DNA from: an uncultured delta proteobacterium
Lineage (GTDB): Bacteria > Myxococcota_A > Polyangia > Polyangiales > Polyangiaceae
Length of the DNA: 64,000 bases
Direction: 5' to 3'
Assembly (NCBI GenBank): GCA_963841435.1
Contig: CAWJCS010000002.1
Span: forward strand, 544,001-608,000
Shown: piece after piece, positions 20,708-30,778 of the stretch
Numbering within the stretch: the stretch's first letter is position 1
Layout of the letters: each line of letters starts with the position of its first letter
The notes under the pieces: model-generated
Told to the model about the DNA's origin: nothing
The model's input: only the letters and a program-made list of their open reading frames with translations
Database searches by the model: none
Position numbers and translations under genes: made by a program

Positions 20708-21925
20708 ATGAGAACGCTTCGTGCGCGGTGGCTGCGGGACCTCGGGGTCGCCTCGTCCTTGTTCGTGCTGGCGAGCGGGTGCGTGTCGGGCGCCGCCGTC
20801 GACGACGAGATACCGCTCGAAGCCGGTGCCCCCGGGAGCGGAGTGGGTGGCACGAGCGCTGGTCTTGGTGGAAGCGGCGGCGCCGTGGCCGGGAGCTCGG
20901 CTGTCGGCGGCAGTGTGGCCAACGGCGGCAGTGTGGCCAAGGGCGGCACGAGCGGCGAAAAGAGCAGCGGCGGGTCGAGTGGAAGCGCGACGGGAGGCAG
21001 CTCGGGCACCGGCGCGACCAGCGGCACCGGAGGCGCGAGCCTCGGCGGTCAAGGCGGAGCGGGCGGTGGCGGCGGCTCGTCCGGGACGGCCGGCCTTTCC
21101 GGATCGGGTGGCAAGAGCGGCGGCCAATCGGGCGCCGGTGGCTCGAGCGGGACGTTCGGCGCGGGAAGCGGTGGCAAGGGTGGCGCGGGCGCCGCCGGGC
21201 AGTCGGGCTCGAGCGGGAGCGCGGGAGCGGCGGGCAGCTTCTCGAACTGTCCTGTTTGGCCGAGCTCGACCGGTTCGCAGAGCGTGTCGTCGACGATCAT
21301 GGTCTCGGGCACCTACGACGGGAGTCTCAAGCGCTTCACGGGTTCCGGTGCGCTCGGCACGAGCGGCCAGGCGGAAAACCAGGGTCCGCTGTTCCAGCTC
21401 TCGACCGGTGCGACGCTAAAGAACGTGATCCTCGGCAATCCTGCCGCCGACGGCGTGCACTGCGACGGCGCCTGCACGCTCGAGAACGTGTGGTGGGAAG
21501 ACGTGGGCGAGGACGCCGCGACGTTCCGCGGCTCGTCGAGCTCCCAGCAGATGACGGTGCGCTGCGGCGGCGCCAAGAACGCCGCGGACAAGGTGTTCCA
21601 GCACAACGGCGCAGGGACGCTCACCATCCAGGATTTCACGGTGGAAACCTTCGGTAAGCTGTACCGCTCTTGCGGCAACTGCAGCACCCAGTACGGGCGG
21701 CACGTCGTTTTGGACGGCATCGTCGCGCGGAGCGGCTCCACGCTAGTCGGCCTCAACACCAACTACGGCGACACGGCCGACTTCACCCGCATCACGACGT
21801 ACGGCAAAGTCTCGATCTGCGACCGCTACACGGGCAACAGCAGTGGGGCGGAGCCAGTCAAAACGGGTAGCGGCTCCGACTCCCAGTACTGCCGCTATTC
21901 CGCGTCCGACATCACGAGCAACTGA
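20708..21925 (+). CDS. Pectate lyase (PL3) lipoprotein with a Gly/Ser linker
   Basis: Lipobox LASGC; GATLKNVILG, ADGVHC, NVWWEDVGEDAAT, DKVFQHNG and GKLYRSCGNC. Confidence 0.92.
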   Translation: MRTLRARWLRDLGVASSLFVLASGCVSGAAVDDEIPLEAGAPGSGVGGTSAGLGGSGGAVAGSSAVGGSVANGGSVAKGGTSGEKSSGGSSGSATGGSSGTGATSGTGGASLGGQGGAGGGGGSSGTAGLSGSGGKSGGQSGAGGSSGTFGAGSGGKGGAGAAGQSGSSGSAGAAGSFSNCPVWPSSTGSQSVSSTIMVSGTYDGSLKRFTGSGALGTSGQAENQGPLFQLSTGATLKNVILGNPAADGVHCDGACTLENVWWEDVGEDAATFRGSSSSQQMTVRCGGAKNAADKVFQHNGAGTLTIQDFTVETFGKLYRSCGNCSTQYGRHVVLDGIVARSGSTLVGLNTNYGDTADFTRITTYGKVSICDRYTGNSSGAEPVKTGSGSDSQYCRYSASDITSN

Positions 21926-21953
21926 GCGGCGCCACCGCAAAAGCGCGGCGCGG

Positions 21954-23291
21954 TCAGCTTCCGGAGAGCGAGGTCAGGCTCACCGCGGCCCAGCCACCGG
22001 CCTGGAGCGAGAGCGGCCGGTCGCCCCGCAGGCGCCCCGCGGTGAGCGTCGCTTTGTGCGCGCCGGCGGGCAGGCGCAAGCGCCCCACGGCCACGCGCGC
22101 CGGCAGGGTTTCCCAGCTGCGCGTGTCGGGGGTGTCGACGGCCGTGAGGGTCGCCTGCGTCCCGAGCGACAAGAGCAGCCCCACGGTGCTGTCCTTCGCA
22201 GAGCGGCGCACGGCTTCGCCCGCCAGCACGCGAGCGATCATGCGCGTGATGGCGGACGCCACGATGGGGCCGCGCGCGTCGTCCCACGCGCGCCGCGCCT
22301 CGGCCGCGACGTCGAGCGCTCCCTCGAGGCCCTGCTGGCGCCCGTCGACGGAAAGCTGCGGCGTCGTGTGGGCGCCCGTGGGCTTGCCGAGCTCGGGGAA
22401 GTTGATCCACGTGACGAGCCCCTGCGCGGCGAGCGCGTTCGCCCGTGAGGCGTCGGTGGGGCTCATGGAGCCGCTCGCGTACGTGAGCGCGAGCCCGATG
22501 GGAATGCGGCGCGCAATCTTGGGCGGCACGCGGCCGTAGCCGATGATGACGAGCACGTCCGCGTCGCCCTCCTGGGTCGGGACGGCGGGCGCCTCGACCG
22601 CGCGGCGCAGGCGCGGCGTCATGACGCCGCTTCGTTGCGAAAGCCGCTGGATGGCGCCGGTGAGCGACGGGTAGTCGCCGTACTGCAGCGCCTCGTCGTA
22701 GTAGCGCAGCGCCTCGTCCGCGTTGCCGCTCTTCTCGAAGGTGAAGCCGGCAAGGTAGCTACCGAGGCCGACCAAGCTCTTGGCGCTGCCTTCGCTTTCG
22801 GCGATGAACTTCTGCATCACGGCGAGCCGTCGCGCTTCGATGCGCGCGCCCTGCAAATCCCCACGAACCAGGTAGTTGACCATGTTCATGGTGTTGATCA
22901 TCAGCTTCTCGTACGGGGGTGCCTTGTACGGGCCCACGTCGTCCGAGAACAGGTACTTCCCGATCTCGTGCGCGGCGTTTCGCGAAAGATCCAGGAGCTC
23001 GATGCGCTTGTCGCAAAACTCGAGGTCGCGGCTCGAGAGCTTGTAGTCGAGTAGCGACTGCAGCACCATCGCGCGATCGAGCAGGTAGAGCGGTGTGTCG
23101 CCACCGATCTCCTTCGGCAGCTCGCTCTTGCTCTTCACGTCGAGCTTTTCGTTGATCAGCCCGAGCGCATCACTCGCGCGATTGGCGTCCAACGCGGAGC
23201 GTATCTCTCGCGTCTTGTCGGAGTGGCTCGCGCAGCCGAAAAGCGCGAGCGCGAGGGCGATCCCGGAAACGGATCGAATCACGCTCGGCAT
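21954..23291 (-). CDS. COG3014-like TPR lipoprotein
   Basis: Lipobox LFGC; YKAPPYEKLMINTMNMVNYL..GD..GARIEARR and C-terminal PDTRSWETLP. Confidence 0.7.
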   Translation of the reverse strand: MPSVIRSVSGIALALALFGCASHSDKTREIRSALDANRASDALGLINEKLDVKSKSELPKEIGGDTPLYLLDRAMVLQSLLDYKLSSRDLEFCDKRIELLDLSRNAAHEIGKYLFSDDVGPYKAPPYEKLMINTMNMVNYLVRGDLQGARIEARRLAVMQKFIAESEGSAKSLVGLGSYLAGFTFEKSGNADEALRYYDEALQYGDYPSLTGAIQRLSQRSGVMTPRLRRAVEAPAVPTQEGDADVLVIIGYGRVPPKIARRIPIGLALTYASGSMSPTDASRANALAAQGLVTWINFPELGKPTGAHTTPQLSVDGRQQGLEGALDVAAEARRAWDDARGPIVASAITRMIARVLAGEAVRRSAKDSTVGLLLSLGTQATLTAVDTPDTRSWETLPARVAVGRLRLPAGAHKATLTAGRLRGDRPLSLQAGGWAAVSLTSLSGS

Positions 23292-23316
23292 GGAGTGTCC
23301 GACGCGGTACGACCGC

Positions 23317-23907
23317 TCAGATCAGCGCCTTGGTCACGGCGGTCTTGTGCTGGAACAGGATCTCGCCGGTTTCTACGTCGAGCACCTGGATGAACATGAA
23401 GTACTGCACGCGCCGCTCGCCGCTCTGGCGCTCGTCGGTGTTGTAGACCTTGCCCGTTACGATGTAGCGCGCGCCGACCTGCTTGCCCCAGGCGTTGACC
23501 TGGCTCTGGTCGAACGCGCCGGAGTACTGGCGCCGGATCTCCTCCACGAGCTTCGGCTGCTGCTCCATGCTGATGACGCGGACGTGCCCGGCATTGACGA
23601 GCGTGGTCTCGATGTCGCTGATGAGCGCATCGAGCGAGCTCTCGACGTGCTCGGTGGTCTCGTTGCGCAGCGGGATGACGGCGACGGCCGGCCGATCCTC
23701 GCTGGCCCAGCGCTGCACGACGGGCGCCTTCTCGAGCGCGTTCATGTTCTCGCGCAACATGCGCTCGAGGTCGCGACGGTCGAGGCCCGTGCTCATGGCT
23801 TCGGTGTCGAGGCCCTCGACGTCCGTGTCACGAACCGCCTTGGGCCCGCATGCCACGAACAGCGGGAGGCTTGCCACCGTCAGCGCCAAAAATCCGATTG
23901 ATTTCAT
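23317..23907 (-). CDS. LpoB/CsgG-like lipoprotein (PBP activator family)
   Basis: Lipobox FVAC; LRNETTEHV, WGKQVGARYIVTG and DVETGEILF. Confidence 0.75.
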   Translation of the reverse strand: MKSIGFLALTVASLPLFVACGPKAVRDTDVEGLDTEAMSTGLDRRDLERMLRENMNALEKAPVVQRWASEDRPAVAVIPLRNETTEHVESSLDALISDIETTLVNAGHVRVISMEQQPKLVEEIRRQYSGAFDQSQVNAWGKQVGARYIVTGKVYNTDERQSGERRVQYFMFIQVLDVETGEILFQHKTAVTKALI

Positions 23908-24074
23908 GAGACCACCCATTCCGGTCCGCTACGGGCTCGATTCGTGGACCTGATGACTTGGACGAGCGCGCGCTCGAATCCATCTGAATCCCCCCGCGTC
24001 CGGGCGCCAGCCCCCGTTTCGGGGCCAAACGAACCTGGGCCTCGAAGGGCACCAGGGCCGCTCCGACGTGCGGC

Positions 24075-24716
24075 TCAGCCCTGCCCCGAGCTTTCCGTGG
24101 CGGGGGAAGGCCGGCGGACCGGAATGATCTGCACCCGGCGGTCCTCGCCCTCGCCTTCGCTCTTCGTGATGACGCCCTCGAACTTCGCGAGCGCCATGTG
24201 CACGACGCGCCGATCGCGCGGATTCATCGGCTCGAAGGTGATGATCTTGCCGTCGTGGACGGCCTGCCGCCCGAGTCGGCGCGCCATGCTCGCGAGCGAA
24301 TCGTCGCGGCGCGCTCGGTAGCCCTCGGCGTCAACGAGGACGTGTCGCTTGTCGAGGCCCGGGCGATTGACGACCCGGTGGGTCAGAAACTGCAGGGCCT
24401 GCAGCACCTGCCCCTTCTTGCCGATGGCGAGCCCCGCGTCGTGGCCCTCGATCTCGATGTTGATCTCGTCGGGGGAATCCTCGTCGCTTTCGCGCAAGAC
24501 GACCGTGCACTCGAGCTCCATCTCGCGCACGACGTCGGTCACGAATGAAAGCGCCTGCCGCTGCCGGTCGTCCTTCGGCTCCATGCTGGGTGCCGTGCGG
24601 CGTTTCGGTTGCTCGCCACCGCCCTCCGCCGCCGCGGCGTCTACCTGGTCGAGCCCGACCTCGTCCTTGTCGTGCTCGCTCCCGTCGTTGTCGTTCCCTG
24701 ATTGGTCGTCGTGCAT
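24075..24716 (-). CDS. jag: Jag/EloR KH-R3H RNA-binding protein
   Basis: IGKKGQVLQALQFL, VDAEGYRARR, EPMNPRDRRVVH and SEGEGEDRRV; downstream of yidC. Confidence 0.9.
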   Translation of the reverse strand: MHDDQSGNDNDGSEHDKDEVGLDQVDAAAAEGGGEQPKRRTAPSMEPKDDRQRQALSFVTDVVREMELECTVVLRESDEDSPDEINIEIEGHDAGLAIGKKGQVLQALQFLTHRVVNRPGLDKRHVLVDAEGYRARRDDSLASMARRLGRQAVHDGKIITFEPMNPRDRRVVHMALAKFEGVITKSEGEGEDRRVQIIPVRRPSPATESSGQG

Positions 24717-24727
24717 GAAAGTGATTC

Positions 24728-26408
24728 CTAATTCTTCCGGTCGGCCAGCGTGCGCCGCGCATGCCATTCCACCGCCTGCTGCTGAAGGATGCCGAGGAGG
24801 CCGTTGGTGAACATGTAGACCCCGAGGCCGGACGGCAGAAATAGCATCATGACGATGAACATGCCCGGCATCAGGTAAAGCATCATTTTTTGCTGGGCGG
24901 GGTCGCCCTGCATGGGCATCAGCTTCTGCTGCAAAAAGTTCGTCCCGCCGATCACGAACGGCAGAATGAACATCGGGTCGGGCCCCGAGAGGTCCGGGAA
25001 CCAGAGAAAGGGGATGTTGTAGAGTTCGACCGCGGTCTGCAGCGTCGTGTAGAGCGCAAACCAGACGGGCATCGACGCGAGCTGCGGCAAGCAGCCCTTG
25101 AGCGGATTCACGTTGTGCTTCCGCCAGAGCTCCATCTGCGCGAGGCCCTTCTTCTGGGCGTCGTCCTTGAACTTCGCGTTCAGGGTGTCCATCTCGGGCT
25201 TGAGCTCGCGCATGCGGATCATCTGCTTGATCGAGGGCAGCGTGAGCGGGAACAAGAGCGTGCGCGCCGTCACCGTGAGCACGATGATGGCGATGCCCCA
25301 GTTCGGCACCACGCTGTGCACCTTGAGCAAGAAGGCAACGAGCACCTTGGCGATCGCGGAGAAGAATCCGAGATCGATGAGGTCGATCAGGCGGTGCCCG
25401 CCGCCGCCCGCCCCTTCGAGGACCTTGCGCTCCTTCGGTCCGAAGTAGCCGAGCAGATGGTAGGTCTGGGTCTTTTTCGGGTCGAGCTTGAGCGCCGGGT
25501 AGGCGAGCCGCGCGCGGAACATCGCCCCGCCGTGGGGGTCGTCCGAGCGTGACTTGTACTTCGACGGATCCCAGCGCTCCTCGACCTGGAGCTGGCACAC
25601 GGGCGACGCGGGAGCCGCGAGCGGCACGAGCGCGTGCGAGAAGTAGGCGTTCGAAACAGCGGCGAAGGCGGGCGTGCCGGGTGCTTCGAACCAGTCGCCC
25701 GAGGCGAGGCCCGTATGGGGGAAATCCTTGAAATGCGAGGCGCTAAAGTCCTCGGTGCGCTTGCGGGTGGCGGTGCCGTCGGCGCTCACGCACTCGACGT
25801 GGGTGGACAGCGGGCTGACGCCGAACCAGCCCGCCTTCTGCTCGTGGTCGGTGCGCCACGCGTCGGTGTGGATGGTGAGCGCCTGATAAAGCGGGCGATC
25901 GGCGCGGTTCTCGATCGTGGCCTGGACGTCGATTTCGTAGGGGCGCCCCGTCGTGGTGAAGGTTTCCCGGATTGCGACGCGCTCGCTCTCGTGCACGAAC
26001 TCGCACGTCGTCTTGGAGTTCTCGACGATGTGAAAATCGAGCAGATCCGTGGGGACGAGCCAGTCGGAGCTGTTCACGCCCGTGGCCTCGTTGCGCCACG
26101 CGAAGCGCAGCTGGCGCCGCGTCTCGAACGTCGGGCGTCGTCGAAAGGTCGATCGCCTTGCCGTTCTTGCGGTACTTCGCGCGCAAGAGCTCGAAGTGCG
26201 TCAGGGTCGCGCTGCGCGTCGAGAGCCGCGCGTGCATGTTGTCGCCCCAGAGATCGCAAAGCTGCTCGGGGAGGCGCGGCTCGGGCGCGACCGTTCCCTC
26301 GGGTGAAAGCGGTTGGCGCTCCGACGAGCCGTGGAACAGCTTCGGCAGCACGAAGAACGCGAGGAGGAGCCCTACGGCGATGAAGAGAAAACGTCCGGCT
26401 CGTTCCAT
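24728..26408 (-). CDS. yidC: Membrane protein insertase YidC (frameshift near 26100-26140)
   Basis: NWGIAIIVLTV, LFPL, ELWRKHNVNPLKGCLP, PFLWFPDLSGPDP and LPSGLGVY; N-terminal TM in ORF 25743..26408; canonical synteny. Confidence 0.93.
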
Positions 26409-26472
26409 GCGATGGGGGGCCTTGCGGCTGCTGAGGCCGCTCGCCCTCTACCACGCCCCAAGCCCGAGCGGA

Positions 26473-26706
26473 TCAGCCCGAACGGCCGTCCGGGAGCGGT
26501 GGCGGGTCGTGGCCGCCCGGGTGGAACGGGTGGCACTTCGAGAGCCGCCGGACCGCAAGCCAGCTGCCGCGCAGCGCCCCGTGGAGCCTCAGGCATTCGG
26601 CGGCGTAGTGCGAGCACGACGGCTGGAAGCGACAGACCGGCCCGAGCAGGGGCGACAGGGTCCACTGGTAGACCCGGATCAGAAAAATCAGCAGTCGCGC
26701 GAGCAT
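26473..26706 (-). CDS. yidD: Membrane protein insertion efficiency factor
   Basis: [22 protein letters not shown]...[12 protein letters not shown]. Confidence 0.95.
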   Translation of the reverse strand: MLARLLIFLIRVYQWTLSPLLGPVCRFQPSCSHYAAECLRLHGALRGSWLAVRRLSKCHPFHPGGHDPPPLPDGRSG

Positions 26707-26709
26707 GGA

Positions 26710-27129
26710 TCAGCCACCGCGGGCGCCCGGAGTCTTTCCCTCGCCGGGCGCCGGTGCAAGCTCCGCCAGGCGCCCCAGCTTTTTTCGAAGCGCCCCCGAG
26801 GCGGCTCGCCACTCGCGTACGACCTCCTCGAGCCTGGCGTCACCGAGGGGCTTGCGTACGACGACCACGAGGTCCACGAACGCGGGCCAGAGATCGCGCG
26901 TGGCCCGGAAGGCCTCACGCACCAGGCGTTTGGCGCGATTTCGCGTCACGGCGTTGCCGATCTTCCGCGAGGCCGTGATGCCGAGGCGAGCGACGGCGCC
27001 GCCGCCGGGAGCGACGATCAAAACGAAGCGTCGCGTGTCGATCCGCTCGCCGCTACCCTGGATACGCTGAAACTCGGCGCGCTTGCGGACGCGTCCGAGC
27101 TTCGCTTTCGAGGCGGCGCGAGGCGACGA
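26710..27129 (-). CDS. rnpA: Ribonuclease P protein component (start codon uncertain)
   Basis: RVRKRAEFQRI and RLGITASRKIGNAVTRNRAKRLVREAFR (RNR motif). Confidence 0.9.
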   Translation of the reverse strand, partial: SSPRAASKAKLGRVRKRAEFQRIQGSGERIDTRRFVLIVAPGGGAVARLGITASRKIGNAVTRNRAKRLVREAFRATRDLWPAFVDLVVVVRKPLGDARLEEVVREWRAASGALRKKLGRLAELAPAPGEGKTPGARGG

Positions 27130-27130
27130 G

Positions 27131-27280
27131 CTACTTCTCGTAGGTGGAGACCGTGAGGCGCCAGCGACCCTTGCGGCGGCGATTGGCGAGCACTTTGCGC
27201 CCACCCTTCGTGCTCTGACGCTTGCGGTAGCCGTGGGTTCGCAGGCGGCTGGTGTTGTGGGGCTGGTAGGTGCGCTTCAT
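27131..27280 (-). CDS. rpmH: 50S ribosomal protein L34 (not in the ORF track)
   Basis: Manual translation [49 protein letters not shown]. Confidence 0.96.
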   Translation of the reverse strand: MKRTYQPHNTSRLRTHGYRKRQSTKGGRKVLANRRRKGRWRLTVSTYEK

Positions 27281-27380
27281 GGCTCGACCCGGGGAATCAC
27301 GGGGGAGGCGGAATTAGCCACGAGGGGCCGAGCGAGTCAAGGCATCGGCCAGGTGTGACATTGTTTGTCAATCTGGCCGC

Positions 27381-28340
27381 TCAGGCGGGACCCACGAGGC
27401 GCTCGAGCAGCGCGAGGTCCAGGAGGCCCTCGTCGGGCGTGTAGCCGACGGGTCGCCGGCCCCGCGCGACCTCGACGAAATGGCGAAATTCTGCCTCGAA
27501 GCTGTTGGTCCGGGCTTCGAACGTCGTCACCTTGCCGCTCTCTTTCAGGAGGCAGGCACGGTCGTAGTGGAGCTCGGCGGTCGCGCGGCTGCCGAAGAGC
27601 CTCAGCAGGGGTCCCCGGTAGGGGACCGAAAAGCAGCTCGTCCAGGTGCCGACCGCGCCCGACGGGAAGCCGAGCGCCGCCACGACCGTGTCGAGGGGCA
27701 CGAGCGACGGCTCGAACGACGCCGTGAGGTTTTCGACGCGGCTCGGCAGCTCGAGCGCGCGCCGGAGCGCGCAGGCGACGTGGACCCCCGCGTCGGCGAC
27801 GAACCCCCCGACGTGACCGGGCTTTTCGCGCCACGACGTGTGAAAGTACGGGTTCTTCGCGTCCATGCGCGTCATCTGGGTGGCTTCGACGACACGCACG
27901 TCGCCGAGGCGGCCGCTCTTCACCCAGCGCGCGAGCTTCTCGACGTGCGGCATGAACGCGAAGTTCTCGCCGACGAGCCAGGGCACGTCGTGGCGCTTCG
28001 CGGCGCGCACCAGACGGCGCGCCGCAGCGACGGAGGGCCCCACGGGTTTTTCGCTGAGCACGGGTTTGCCCGCGCGCAAGGCCTCGAGCACGTAGCGGGG
28101 CTGGGCGTCGATCGGCAGGCTGATGACGAGCGCTTCGACCTCGGGCAGCGCGATGAGCGCCGCGGCGTCGTCGACGACCTTCGGAATGCGGGCGAGCCGC
28201 GCGTAGGCTTCGGCCTTCTTGCGCGTGCGGTTCGCGCAGGCAACGACCTCCAGGCGTCCGCGGAGCGCCGCGAACGCGGGGAGGTAAAGCTTCGTCGGTG
28301 CGAGCCCGGTGCCGAGCAACCCCACCCTGAGCGCGCTCAT
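27381..28340 (-). CDS. Gfo/Idh/MocA family oxidoreductase
   Basis: RVGLLGTG, GKPVLSEKP, VGENFAF and GGFVADAGVH. Confidence 0.9.
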   Translation of the reverse strand: MSALRVGLLGTGLAPTKLYLPAFAALRGRLEVVACANRTRKKAEAYARLARIPKVVDDAAALIALPEVEALVISLPIDAQPRYVLEALRAGKPVLSEKPVGPSVAAARRLVRAAKRHDVPWLVGENFAFMPHVEKLARWVKSGRLGDVRVVEATQMTRMDAKNPYFHTSWREKPGHVGGFVADAGVHVACALRRALELPSRVENLTASFEPSLVPLDTVVAALGFPSGAVGTWTSCFSVPYRGPLLRLFGSRATAELHYDRACLLKESGKVTTFEARTNSFEAEFRHFVEVARGRRPVGYTPDEGLLDLALLERLVGPA

Positions 28341-28615
28341 TGCGGCTTGCAGTCGGCGAGGCACACCGTTTGGATCTCGGAGCACTGGTGGTCGGAAACG
28401 CAGTTCGCGCAGTGCTCGCGACGCGAGTCGGGCACCTCGCGCTCCACTTGGGCCTCGCAGTCGTCCCGCGTGAAGCCGTTCGGATCCGCTGCCGTCACCC
28501 CGCCTTTGGGCAGGAGCCCGCATTCGTCGAGCCGCGCGCAAATCTCGGACGCGTCGCTCTGACAGCCGGAGGCGAGCGCGACCACCCCCGCGATAACGAA
28601 GCTTCGAAAGACCAC
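28337..28615 (-). CDS. Small Cys-rich lipoprotein
   Basis: Lipobox LASGC and eight further Cys; ATGA overlap with the downstream gene. Confidence 0.55.
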   Translation of the reverse strand: MVFRSFVIAGVVALASGCQSDASEICARLDECGLLPKGGVTAADPNGFTRDDCEAQVEREVPDSRREHCANCVSDHQCSEIQTVCLADCKPQ

Positions 28616-28721
28616 GCGAGCCCGAAAGGTAGCAGAAACCCCGCGCGGAAGGGTGCCGGCGGGCCCGGCGGCCGGGCCCGCTTGCTCGGCCCGGCGAGCG
28701 CGTGCTAAACGGAGCCCCCTC

Positions 28722-28889
28722 ATGCGCGAGAACATTCGCTTGGTGTCGTCGGCCGGTACGGGTTTCACGTACTACACGACCAAGAACAAGCGTACGCAGA
28801 CGAACAAGCTCGAGATCAAGAAGTACGATCCCGTGGTTCGTCAGCACGTCGTGTTCAAAGAAACCAAGATGCCGCCTCACTCGAAGTGA
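28722..28889 (+). CDS. rpmG: 50S ribosomal protein L33 (Cys-free form)
   Basis: [24 protein letters not shown]...[18 protein letters not shown]. Confidence 0.96.
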   Translation: MRENIRLVSSAGTGFTYYTTKNKRTQTNKLEIKKYDPVVRQHVVFKETKMPPHSK

Positions 28890-28976
28890 GCGCCGGGCCC
28901 CTCGGGGCCGGCACCGCGCGCTTCGGTGGTGGAGGTTGTCGTCGAGGGCCGCTGCCGATCGGGCGGCCGCCGACGC

Positions 28977-30707
28977 CTACTCGCTCAGGATCTTGAACTC
29001 GACGCGGCGGTTCTTGGCGCGCCCCTCGTCGGTGTTGTTGTCGGCGACGGGCTGATTGGGCCCGAAGCCCTGAGACTCGAGCCGGCTCGCGGCGATGCCG
29101 TGCGCCGAGAGGTAGTTCTTGCAGGCGGCGGCGCGCTCGCGTGAGAGCCGCATGTTGAGCTCGAGGGCGCCGTGGCTGTCGGTGTGTCCGTTGACGCCGA
29201 TGCGGATCTTCGGGCGCGACTTCATGAGATCGACGACCTCGTCGAGGATCGGGTAGCTCACGGCCTTGATCACGGCCCTGCCGAACTCGAACTCGATGGG
29301 CTGCAGGAGCTGGACGTTGCCCTCTTCGGTGACGTTCGTGAGCGGGCAGCCGTTGAGTTCGGGCTTGCGGGAGCGCTTGCCGGCCTTCGTCGGGCACTTG
29401 TCCTGGGCATCGGGGATGCCGTCGGCGTCGGCATCGTCTTCGGGGCAGCCGTCCTTGTCCTCGATGCCGTCCATGTCCTCCGGCTGGTCGGGGCACTGAT
29501 CGACGTTGTCCGGGATGCCGTCGTGATCGCGATCGGCGTCGGCGGGGCAGCCGTCCGAGGGATCGGGCGGCTTGCCGTCTTCCTTGACGGTCGGGCACTT
29601 GTCGATGCTGTCGGGATAGCCGTCGCCGTCGGTGTCGGGATCATCGAGGGGGACGTCGGAGGTGAATTGAACCTTGGGCGGCGGGCTATTCGCGCCGAAG
29701 TCCTTGAGCGTGAGGAACGTGCCGATCGAGAGGATCACGCGCAGGTCGGGCGCGCCGTAGCCCGTGAACAAGCGCGTGCCGGCGCCGCCCATGGCCCAGA
29801 TGCGCTCGCGCTTGCCGATGAGATAGCGGGCCTGCCCCATCCACTCGATGTCGGTGTTGGTGCTGCTGAAAAAGGAGCTCTCGTTCTTCGGTCCGAGCCC
29901 TTCGATGCCCGTCGTGCCGAGTAGCTCGATGCCGAGGCGTAGCTTGTTGCCGTGGAGCGGGAGGAACGCGCCGAGCGCGAAGCGCAGCTCGGAGCCCGTG
30001 TACAGGGTGCCCTTGGAGCCGCCGATGCTGCGCTCCGGGCGAAGCTGCGGGCCGATCATCCCGTTGACGAAGAATTTCTTGAAGTCGACCTCGCCCGACG
30101 CGTAGAGCATGCCGGCGATGCCGTTGTCGCCCGCGAAGGCGCCGGCGTTGCCCGTGGGTGCCCAGAGCGCGCCGCCCCCGCCCAGCCGGAAACGGCGCGA
30201 GTCGTTCTCGTAGAGCCGTACCCTCGCGTCGAAGCGCATGTCGTGGATCGCGATGCGATTGCCATCGATGCCGCCCGCGCCGACCCCCACCGACAGCGGG
30301 TCGGTGTTGGTGAATTTGTACCACATCACCGGCAGCGACACGTTGAGCGCGAAGCGCCGCGAGATCTCCGTGCCGAGCGTGAAGTAGCTCAGGATCTGTC
30401 CACGGACCGGATCCGACATGGAGTTTTCGGTCTCCGAGTCGGTCGTCACGGTCTCGTCGCGCAGCGGGTTGTGCGCGTAGCCGAGCGAGGCGAATCCGTA
30501 GAAACGCGTCTCGTCGTAGAGCGTCGGCCGCCAGACCATGAACCCGTCGTCCGGCGCGCCGGAGATCTGTGCGCGGTCGAGGTAGAAATAGGAGGCCTGG
30601 GCCCTTGCCGTGGAGGCCGTGCAGAGCACGAGCGCAGCGGCGAGCCCGACCAGGAAGGCTCGAATCAGGGTACGGACGGCTCGACCGAGGACGGGGCTCT
30701 GGCGCAC
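28977..30707 (-). CDS. Beta-barrel + thrombospondin type-3 repeats + OmpA-family protein
   Basis: Signal ARA-Q, DTDGDGYPDSIDKCP-type repeats and OmpA GHTD...NMRLSRERA...GRAKNRRVEF. Confidence 0.88.
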   Translation of the reverse strand: MRQSPVLGRAVRTLIRAFLVGLAAALVLCTASTARAQASYFYLDRAQISGAPDDGFMVWRPTLYDETRFYGFASLGYAHNPLRDETVTTDSETENSMSDPVRGQILSYFTLGTEISRRFALNVSLPVMWYKFTNTDPLSVGVGAGGIDGNRIAIHDMRFDARVRLYENDSRRFRLGGGGALWAPTGNAGAFAGDNGIAGMLYASGEVDFKKFFVNGMIGPQLRPERSIGGSKGTLYTGSELRFALGAFLPLHGNKLRLGIELLGTTGIEGLGPKNESSFFSSTNTDIEWMGQARYLIGKRERIWAMGGAGTRLFTGYGAPDLRVILSIGTFLTLKDFGANSPPPKVQFTSDVPLDDPDTDGDGYPDSIDKCPTVKEDGKPPDPSDGCPADADRDHDGIPDNVDQCPDQPEDMDGIEDKDGCPEDDADADGIPDAQDKCPTKAGKRSRKPELNGCPLTNVTEEGNVQLLQPIEFEFGRAVIKAVSYPILDEVVDLMKSRPKIRIGVNGHTDSHGALELNMRLSRERAAACKNYLSAHGIAASRLESQGFGPNQPVADNNTDEGRAKNRRVEFKILSE

Positions 30708-30778
30708 GCGCCGAACCTAGCCCGACCCGTTTAGCGATTGAAGCCGCAAGTTGCGCCGGCCCGTGGGCCGCCTCGAGG

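Noticed and set aside
24728-26408. yidC, MCE, GH2, MTase and the last gene as true pseudogenes or programmed frameshifts
   Set aside because: Small indels are scattered across unrelated genes, including normally essential yidC, with no shared slippery motif. Assembly error is the simpler explanation, and reads are needed to decide.
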